DNA of 64,000 nucleotides from Eledone cirrhosa (lineage: Eukaryota): contig OZ024740.1 in NCBI GenBank assembly GCA_964016885.1, positions 39,680,001 through 39,744,000 on the forward strand. Reading direction: 5' to 3'. A model generated the notes under the pieces. It made no database searches and was not told the origin of the DNA. It saw nothing but the letters and a program-made list of their open reading frames with translations. A program made the position numbers and the translations under genes. Position 1 is the first letter of the stretch; each line of letters begins with the position of its first letter. Positions 52,743-64,000 of this stretch are shown here, piece after piece.

Positions 52743-53090
52743 CCAAACTAAAAACTCAAGCAATCTAACAAATTGAAAATATAGATTATTTAGCTCAAAT
52801 ACTACTCTTGGTACCCGTATTATATATTTCTGAAAAGTATTAAGAGACATAAATAAAGTAAAATTAGGTGAGGCAGAGATGAAAACGAGGTCATGATTTC
52901 AAACATAATAACGAACACGATACAGAAATAATTACTATAAAGAAGGTGACCCTGAAAGCACAACGGTTAATTAGTAATGGTGATGCGGTACTGAAACAAA
53001 TATCGAAATATTCATATGTTGGTGTTATACTGTGTATAGTTTTATAGGTGACAGTCATTCAACTACAGCCATTCTGGGACACAAACTTAA

Positions 53091-53309
53091 CCCTTCAGCA
53101 TTTACATTACTCTATATATACTATTGGATTTTCATGGTAAAGGCTTTACCTCATATAATTATCTCACATATCAAATCTACGAGATTTTGATATTTATATA
53201 TTTTGAGAACAATACCCTAACATAAGTATCAGCAGCCAGTTATGGCCGGTTTGAAGAGAAAGAGGTGAGGGAATTCTGGCCGGATACAGCTGGTTTCAAT
53301 GCTAAAGGG
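53091..53309. mobile_element. piggyBac-type MITE
   Basis: TTAA|CCCTTCAGCATT...AATGCTAAAGGG|TTAA. Confidence 0.87.
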
Positions 53310-53459
53310 TTAACGGGATTTAGTTGATCATATCAAGCCCAATACTTATTTTTTTCAATTTTCGTATTTATTTTATCAATCTCTATTTGTTGAATCACTA
53401 AGTTATGGGATATAAACAGTTTATGTAAACACAAACACAGATACACAGACATGATAGCT

Positions 53460-53616
53460 TTGATGGGCTTCCACACAGTTTCTGTCTACCAAATTTCATT
53501 CACGAGGCATTAGTCAGCCCAAGACTATAGTAGAAAATACTTGCTCAGGGTGCCAGGCAGTAAGACAACCTGAAACCATGTGATAAATGAAACTTTTTGA
53601 CCACACACCCATACCT
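53460..53616 (-). mobile_element. Degraded tRNA-derived SINE whose 5' head merges into the satellite
   Basis: Minus strand reads CAGGTATGGGTGTGTGGTC...CACATGGTTTCAGGTT...GGCACCCTGAGCAAGTATTTTCTACTATAG...TTTGGTAGACAGAAACTG, resembling abundant octopus SINEs from memory. Confidence 0.7.
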
Positions 53617-56600
53617 GATATCACTTTCATCACACAACCATACCTGATATCACTTTCACCACAGCCATACCTGGTATCACTTCCACCACACAGCCATACC
53701 TGATATCACTTTCATCACACAGCCATACCTGATATCACTTTCACCACAGCCATACCTGGTATCACTTCCACCACACAGCCATACCTGGTATCACTTCCAC
53801 CACAGCCATACCTGGTATCACTTCCATCACACAGCCATACCTGATATCACTTTCATCACACAGCCATACCTGGTATCACTTCCACCACACAGCCATACCT
53901 GGTATCACTTCCACCACACAGCCATACCTGGTATCACTTCCACCACACAGCCATACCTGATATCACTTCCACCACACAGCCATACCTGGTATCACTTTCA
54001 CCAGAGCCATAGCTTGTATCACTTCCACCACACAGCCATACCTGATATCACTTCCACCACACAGCCATACCTGATATCACTTCCACCACACAGCCATACC
54101 TGGTATCACTTTCATCACACAGCCATACCTGGTATCACTTCCATCACACAGCCATACCTGGTATCACTTCCACCACAGCCATACCTGATATCACTTTCAT
54201 CACACAGCCATACCTGGTATCACTTTCATCACACAGCCATACCTGGTATCACTTTCATCACACAGCCATACCTGGTATCACTTCCATCACACAGCCATAC
54301 CTGATATCACTTTCATCACAGCCATACCTGGTATCACTTTCACCACAGCCATACCTGGTATCACTTCCACCTGAAACCATGTGATAAAGGAAACTTTTTG
54401 ACCACACACCCATACCTAATAATGTACATCACTTTCATCACACAGCCATACCTGATATCACTTCCACCACACAGCCATACCTGATATCACTTTCATCAAA
54501 CAGCCATACCTGATATCACTTCCACCACACAGCCATACCTGATATCACTTCCACCACACAGCCATACCTGATATCACTTCCACCACACAGCCATACCTGA
54601 TATCACTTTCATCACACAGCCATACCTGATATCACTTTCACCACAGCCATACCTGGTATCACTTCCACCACACAGCCATACCTGATATCAGTTCCACCAC
54701 ACAGCCATACCTGATATCACTTTCATCACACAGCCATACCTGATATCACTTTCACCACACAGCCATACCTGATATCACTTTCACAACACAGCCATACCTG
54801 CTAATATATATCACTTCCTTCACACAGCCATACCTGCTAATATATATCACTTCCATCACACAGCCATACCTGGTATCACTTTCACCACACAGCCATACCT
54901 GGTATCACTTTCACCACAGCCATACCTGGTATCACTTTCATCACACAGCCATACATGGTATCACTTCCACCACACAGCCATTCCTGGTATCACTTCCACC
55001 ACACAGCCATACCTGATATCATTTCCACCACACAGCCATACCTGATATCACTTTCACCACAGCCATACCTGGTATCACTTCTACCACACAGCCATACCTG
55101 ATATCACTTCCATCACACAGCCATACCTGATATCACTTTCACCACACAGCCATACCTGATATCACTTTCACCACACAGCCATACCTGATAATATACATCA
55201 CTTCCATCACAGTCATACCTGGTATCACTTCCATCACACAGCCATACCTGGTATCACTTCCATCACACAGCCATACCTGGTATCACTTCCAACACACAGC
55301 CATACCTGGTATCACTTCCACCACACAGCCATACCTGGTATCACTTCCACCACACAGCCATACCTGGTATCACTTCCATCACACAGCCATACCTGGTATC
55401 ACTTTCACCACACAGCCATACCTGATATCACTTTCACCACACAGCCATACCTGATATCACTTTCACCACACAGCCATACCTGATAATATATATATCACTT
55501 CCATCACACAGCCATACCTGGTATCACTTTCACCACACAGCCATACCTGATATCACTTCCACCACACAGCCATACCTGGTATCACTTCCACCACACAGCC
55601 ATACCTGGTATCACTTCCACCACACAGCCATACCTGGTATCACTTCCACAACACAGCCATACCTGATATCACTTTCACCACAGCCATACCTGGTATCACT
55701 TCCACCACACAGCCATACCTGATATCACTTCCACCACACAGCCATACCTGATATCACTTTCATCACACAGCCATACCTGATATCACTTTCACCACAGCCA
55801 TACCTGTATCACTTCCACCACACAGCCATACCTGATATCACTTCCATCACACAGCCATACCTGATATCACTTTCACCACACAGCCATACCTGATATCACT
55901 TTCACCACACAGCCATACCAGATATCACTTTCACCACACAGCCATACCTGATAATATACATCACTTCCATCACAGTCATACCTGGTATCACTTCAATCAC
56001 ACAGCCATACCTGATATCACTTTCACCACACAGCCATACTTGATATCACTTTCACCACAGCCATACCTGATAATATACATCACTTCCATCACACAGTCAT
56101 ACCTGGTATCAGTTTCATCACACAGCCATACCTGATATCACTTTCACCACACAGCCAAACCTGGTATCACTTCCACCACACAGCCATACCTGGTATCACT
56201 TCAACCACACAGCCATACCTGGTATCACTTCCACCACACAGCCATACCTGGTATCACTTTCACCACAGAGCCATACCTGGTATCACTTCCATCACACAGC
56301 CATACCTGGTATCACTTCCACCACACAGCCATACCTGGTATCACTTCCACCACACAGCCATACCTGGTATCACTTCCACCACACAGCCATACCTGGTATC
56401 ACTTCCACCACAGCCATACCTGATATCACTTTCATCACACAGCCATACCTGGTATCACTTTCATCACACAGCCATACCTGGTATCACTTCCATCACACAG
56501 CCATACCTGATATCACTTTCATCACACAGCCATACCTGGTATCACTTTCACCACAGCCATACCTGGTATCACTTCCACCTGAAACCATGTGATAAAGGAA

Positions 56601-59600
56601 ACTTTTTGACCACACACCCATACCTGATAATGTACATCACTTTCATCACACAGCCATACCTGATATCACTTTCATCAAACAGCCATACCTGATATCACTT
56701 TCAACACAGCCAAACCTGGTATCACTTCCACCACAGCCATACCTGATATCACTTCCACCACACAGCCATACCTGATATCACTTTCATCACACAGCCATAC
56801 CTGATATCACTTTCACCATAGCCATACCTGGTATCACTTCCACCACACAGTCATACCTGATATCACTTCCACCACACAGCCATACCTGATATCACTTCCA
56901 CCACACAGCCATACCTGATATCACTTCCACCACACAGCCATACCTGATATCACTTTCACCAGAGCCATACCTTGTATCACTTCCACCACACAGCCATACC
57001 TGGTATCACTTCCATCACACAGCCATACCTGGTATCACTTCCATCACACAGCCATACCTGATATCACTTTCATCACACAGCCATACCTGGTATCACTTCC
57101 ACCACAGCCATACCTGGTATCACTTCCACCACACAGCCATACCTGGTATCACTTCCACCACACAGCCATACCTCGTATCACTTCCTCCACACAGCCATAC
57201 CTGGTATCACTTCCATCACACAGCCATACCTCGTATCACTTCCACCACACAGCCATACCTGGTATCACTTTCACCACAGCCATACCTGGTATCACTTCCA
57301 CCTGAAACCATGTGATAAAGGAAGCTTTTTGACCACACACCCATACCTGATAATGTACATCACTTTCATCACACAGCCATACCTGATATCACTTCCACCA
57401 CACAGCCATACCTGATATCACTTTCATCAAACAGACATACCTGATATCACTTTCACCACAGCCATACCTGGTATCACTTCCACCACACAGCCATACCTGG
57501 TATCACTTCCACCACACAGCCATACCTGATATCACTTCCACCACACAGCCATACCTGATATCACTTTCATCACACAGCCATACCTGGTATCACTTCCATC
57601 ACACAGCCATACCTGGTATCACTTCCACCACACAGCCATACCTGGTATCACTTCCACCACACAGCCATACCTGGTATCACTTCCACCACACAGCCATACC
57701 TGGTATCACTTCCATCACACAGCCATACCTGGTATCACTTCCACCACACAGCCATAACTGATATCACGTCCACCACACAGCCATACCTGATATCACTTCC
57801 ACCACACAGCCATAGCTGGTATCACTTTCACCACACAGCCATACCTGATATCACTTTCACCACACAGCCATACCTGATATCTCTTTCACAACACAGCCAT
57901 ACCTGCTAATATATATCACTTCCTTCACACAGCCATACCTGCTAATATATATCACTTCCATCACACAGCCATACCTGGTATCACTTTCACCACAGCCATA
58001 CCTGGTATCACTTCCACCACACAGCCATACCTGGTATCACTTCCACCATAAAGCCATACCTGATATCACTTCCACCACACAGCCATACCTGATATCACTT
58101 TCATCACACAGCCATACCTGGTATCACTTCCATCACACAGCCATACCTGGTATCACTTCCACCACACAGCCATACCTGGTATCACTTCCACCACACAGCC
58201 ATACCTGATATCATTTCCACCACACAGCCATACCTGATATCACTTTCACCACAGCCATACCTGGTATCACTTCTACCACACAGCCATACCTGATATCACT
58301 TCCATCACACAGCCATACCTGATATCACTTTCACCACACAGCCATACCTGATATCACTTTCACCACACAGCCATACCTGATAATATACATCACTTCCATC
58401 ACAGTCATACCTGGTATCACTTCCATCACACAGCCATACCTGGTATCACTTCCATCACACAGCCATACCTGGTATCACTTCCTCCACACAGCCATACCTG
58501 GTATCACTTCCATCACACAGCCATACCTCGTATCACTTCCACCACACAGCCATACCTGGTATCACTTTCACCACAGCCATACCTGGTATCACTTCCACCT
58601 GAAACCATGTGATAAAGGAAACTTTTTGACCACACACCCATACCTGATAATGTACATCACTTTCATCACACAGCCATACCTGATATCACTTCCACCACAC
58701 AGCCATACCTGATATCACTTTCATCAAACAGACATACCTGATATCACTTTCACCACAGCCATACCTGGTATCACTTCCACCACACAGCCATACCTGGTAT
58801 CACTTCCATCACACAGCCATACCTGGTATCACTTTCATCACACAGCCATACCTGATATCACTTCCACCACACAGCCATACCTGATATCACTTTCATCAAA
58901 CAGACATACCTGATATCACTTTCACCACAGCCATACCTGGTATCACTTCCACCACACAGCCATACCTGGTATCACTTCCACCACACAGCCATACCTGATA
59001 TCACTTCCACCACACAGCCATACCTGATATCACTTTCATCACACAGCCATACCTGGTATCACTTCCATCACACAGCCATACCTGGTATCACTTCCACCAC
59101 ACAGCCATATCTGGTATCACTTCCACCACACAGCCATACCTGGTATCACTTCCACCACACAGCCATACCTGGTATCACTTCCATCACACAGCCATACCTG
59201 GTATCACTTCCACCACACAGCCATAACTGATATCACGTCCACCACACAGCCATACCTGATATCACTTCCACCACACAGCCATAGCTGGTATCACTTTCAC
59301 CACATAGCCATACCTGATATCACTTTCACCACACAGCCATACCTGATATCTCTTTCAAAACACAGCCATACCTGCTAATATATATCACTTCCTTCACACA
59401 GCCATACCTGCTAATATATATCACTTCCATCACACAGCCATACCTGGTATCACTTTCACCACACAGCCATACCTGGTATCACTTTCACCACAGCCATACC
59501 TGGTATCACTTCCACCACACAGCCATACCTGGTATCACTTCCACCACACAGCCATACCTGGTATCACTTCCACCACACAGCCATACCTGGTATCACTTCC

Positions 59601-62600
59601 ACCACACAGCCATACCTGGTATCACCTCCACCACACAGCCATACCTGGTATCACTTCCACCACACAGCCATACCTGATATCATTTCCACCACACAGCCAT
59701 ACCTGATATCACTTTCACCACAGCCATACCTGGTATCACTTCTACCACACAGCCATACCTGATATCACTTCCATCACACAGCCATACCTGATATCACTTT
59801 CACCACACAGTCATACCTGATATCACTTTCACCACACAGCCATACCTGATAATATACATCACTTCCATCACAGTCATACCTGGTATCACTTCCATCACAC
59901 AGCCATACCTGGTATCACTTCCATCACACAGCCATACCTGGTATCACTTCCATCACACAGCCATACCTTGTATCACTTCCACCACACAGCCATACCTGGT
60001 ATCACTTCCATCACACAGCCATACCTGGTATCACTTCCACCACACAGCCATACCTGGTATCACTTCCACCACACAGCCATACCTGATATCATTTCCACCA
60101 CACAGCCATACCTGATATCACTTTCACCACAGCCATACCTGGTATCACTTCTACCACACAGCCATACCTGATATCACTTCCATCACACAGCCATACCTGA
60201 TATCACTTTCACCACACAGTCATACCTGATATCACTTTCACCACACAGCCATACCTGATAATATACATCACTTCCATCACAGTCATACCTGGTATCACTT
60301 CCATCACACAGCCATACCTGGTATCACTTCCATCACACAGCCATACCTGGTATCACTTCCAACACACAGCCATACCTGGTATCACTTCCACCACACAGCC
60401 ATACCTGGTATCACTTCCACCACACAGCCATACCTGGTATCACTTCCATCACACAGCCATACCTGGTATCACTTTCACCACACAGCCATACCTGATATCA
60501 CTTTCACCACACAGCCATACCTGATATCACTTTCACCACACAGCCATACCTGATATCACTTTCACCACAAAGACATACCTGATAATATATATCACTTCCA
60601 TCACACAGCCATACCTGGTATCACTTTCACCACACAGCCATACCTGATATCACTTCCACCACACAGCCATACCTGGTATCACTTCCACCACACAGCCATA
60701 CCTGGTATCACTTCCACCACACAGCCATACCTGGTATCACTTCCACAACACAGCCATACCTGATATCACTTTCACCACAGCCATACCTGGTATCACTTCC
60801 ACCACACAGCCATACCTGATATCACTTCCACCACACAGCCATACCTGATATCACTTTCATCACACAGCCATACCTGATATCACTTTCACCACAGCCATAC
60901 CTGTATCACTTCCACCACACAGCCATACCTGATATCACTTTCACCACACAGTCATACCTGATATCACTTTCACCACAAAGACATACCTGATAATATATAT
61001 CACTTCCATCACACAGCCATACCTGGTATCACTTTCACCACACAGCCATACCTGATATCACTTCCACCACACAGCCATACCTGGTATCACTTCCACCACA
61101 CAGCCATACCTGGTATCACTTCCACCACACAGCCATACCTGGTATCACTTCCACAACACAGCCATACCTGATATCACTTTCACCACAGCCATACCTGGTA
61201 TCACTTCCACCACACAGCCATACCTGATATCACTTCCACCACACAGCCATACCTGATATCACTTTCATCACACAGCCATACCTGATATCACTTTCACCAC
61301 AGCCATACCTGTATCACTTCCATCACACAGCCATACCTGATATCACTTTCACCACACAGTCATACCTGATATCACTTTCACCACACAGCCATACCTGATA
61401 ATATACATCACTTCCATCACACAGCCATACCTGGTATCACTTCCATCACACAGCCATACCTGGTATCACTTTCACCACAGCCATACCTGATATCACTTTC
61501 ACTTCACCACACAGCCATACCTGGTATCACTTCCACAACACAGCCATACCTGATATCACTTTCACCACAGCCATACCTGGTATCACTTCCACCACACAGC
61601 CATACCTGATATCACTTCCACCACACAGCCATACCTGATATCACTTTCATCACACAGCCATACCTGATATCACTTTCACCACAGCCATACTTGATATCAC
61701 TTTCACCACAGCCATAACTGATAATATACATCACTTCCATCACACAGCCATACCTGGTATCACTTTCACCACAGCCATAACTGATAATATACATCACTTC
61801 CACCACACAGCCAAACCTGGTATCACTTCCACCACACAGCCATACCTGGTATCACTTCAACCACACAGCCATACCTGGTATCACTTCCACCACACAGCCA
61901 TACCTGGTATCACTTTCACCACACAGCCATACCTGGTATCACTTCCATCACACAGCCATACCTGGTATCACTTCCACCACACAGCCATACCTGGTATCAC
62001 TTCCACCACACAGCCATACCTGGTATCACTTTCACCACACAGCCATACCTGATATCACTTTCACCACACAGCCATACCTGATATCACTTTCACCACAGAG
62101 CCATACCTGCTAATATATATCACTTCCATCACACAGCCATACCTGGTATCACTTCCATCACACAGCCAGACCTGGTATCACTTCCATCACACAGCCATAC
62201 CTGGTATTACTTCCACCACACAGCCATACCTGGTATCACTTCCATCACACAGCCATACCTGGTATCACTTCCATCACACAGCCATACCTTGTATCACTTC
62301 CACCACACAGCCATACCTGGTATCACTTCCATCACACAGCCATACCTGGTATCACTTCCACCACACAGCCATACCTGGTATCACTTCCACCACACAGCCA
62401 TAACTGGTATCACTTCCACCACACAGCCATCCCTGGTATCACTTCCACCACACAGCCATACCTGGTATCACTTCCACCACACAGCCATACCTGGTATCAC
62501 TTCCACCACACAGCCATACCTGATATCACTTTCAACACAGCCATACCTGGTATCACTTCCACCACACAGCCATACCTGGTATCACTTTAATCACACAGCC

Positions 62601-64000
62601 ATACCTGGTATCAGTTCCATCACACAGCCATACCTGGTATCACTTCCACCACAGCCATACCTGATATCACTTCCACCACACAGCCATACCTGGTATCACT
62701 GCCATCACACAGCCATACCTGGTATCACTGCCATCACACAGCCATACCTGGTATCACTTCCACCACACAGCCATAACTGATATCACTTCCACCACACAGC
62801 CATACCTGGTATCACTTTCACTACACAGCCATACCTGATATCACTTTCACTACACAGCCATACCTGATATCACTTTCACCACACAGCCATACCTGATATC
62901 ACTTTCACCACACAGCCATACCTGATAATATACATCACTTCCATCACACAGCCATACCTGGTATCACTTCCATCACACAGCGATACCTGGTATCACTTCC
63001 ACCACACAGCCATACCTGATATCACTTTCATCACACAGCCATACCTGGTATCACTTTCATCACACAGCCATACCTGGTATCACTTCCACCACACAGCCAT
63101 ACCTGATATCACTTCCACCACACAGCCATACCTGATATCACTTCCACCACACAGCCATACCTGGTATCACTTCCACCACACAGCCATACCTGGTATCACT
63201 TCCACCACACAGCCATACCTGGTATCACTTCCATCACACAGCCATACCTGGTATCACTTTCATCACACAGCCATACCTGGTATCACTTTCATCACACAGC
63301 CATACCTGATATCACTTTCACCACACAGCCATACCTGATATCACTTTCACCACACAGCCATACCTGATAATATGCATCACTTCCATCACACAGCCATACC
63401 TGATATCACTTCCACCACACAGCCATACCTGGTATCACTTCCACCACACAGCCATACCTGGTATCACTTCCACCACACAGCCATACCTGGTATCACTTTC
63501 ATCACACAGCCATACCTGGTATCACTTTCATCACACAGCCATACCTGGTATCACTTCCATCACACAGCCATACCTGGTATCACTTTCATCACACAGCCAT
63601 ACCTGGTATCACTTTCATCACACAGCCATACCTGATATCACTTTCACCACACAGCCATACCTGATATCACTTCCACCACACAGCCGTACCTGGTATCACT
63701 TTCATCACAGCCATACCTGATATCACTTCCACCACACAGCCATACCTGGTATCACTTTCATCACACAGCCATACCTGGTATCACTTCCTCCACACAGCCA
63801 TCCCTGGTATCACTTCCACCACACAGCCATACCTGGTATCACTTCCACCACACAGCCATACCTGGTATCACCTCCACCACACAGGCATACCTGGTATCAC
63901 TTTCATCACACAGCCATACCTGGTATCACTTTCATCACACAGCCATACCTGGTATCACTTCCACCACACAGCCATACCTGGTATCACTTCCACCACACAG
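53600..64000. repeat. 27/29-bp satellite (CCACACAGCCATACCTGGTATCACTTCCA) with higher-order blocks, in p38 intron 1
   Basis: Period of 29 (55321 to 55350). The array runs off the right edge. Confidence 0.98.

Noticed and set aside
54014-63635. His/Thr/Pro-rich ORFs
   Set aside because: Translations of the 27/29-bp satellite with constant frame shifting.

Overview
Eukaryotic, repeat-saturated intronic DNA. The SINE and RTE families look octopod cephalopod, which is an inference from recalled repeats. The only host gene is a p38-family MAP kinase on the minus strand: five internal exons of 130, 59, 112, 30 and 48 nt, matching vertebrate MAPK14 exons 2-6, with the other exons outside the window. 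Three large satellites dominate: 37 bp (1-12010), 29/31 bp (about 19090-32590) and 27/29 bp (53600 to the end). There are many young 5'-truncated RTE LINEs of two sister families (A and B) that carry a PHD finger inside the RT. Also present are CR1-, Expander/Rex3- and CRE-like relics, tRNA-derived SINEs, and piggyBac and Tigger MITEs. Main findings: (1) a complete type I hammerhead ribozyme with a compensatory U3-A8 core, plus a second degenerate hammerhead nearby on the opposite strand; (2) the 29-bp satellite is a retrotransposon landing pad with fixed insertion registers; (3) a repeated, covarying GNRA-hairpin plus pseudoknot module in the RTE and SINE 3' UTRs; (4) a satellite of more than 10 kb grown from a SINE 5' head (Pol III A-box); (5) snap-back and five-fold slippage footprints at LINE 5' junctions; (6) kb-long inverted LINE pairs inside and around the p38 exons.
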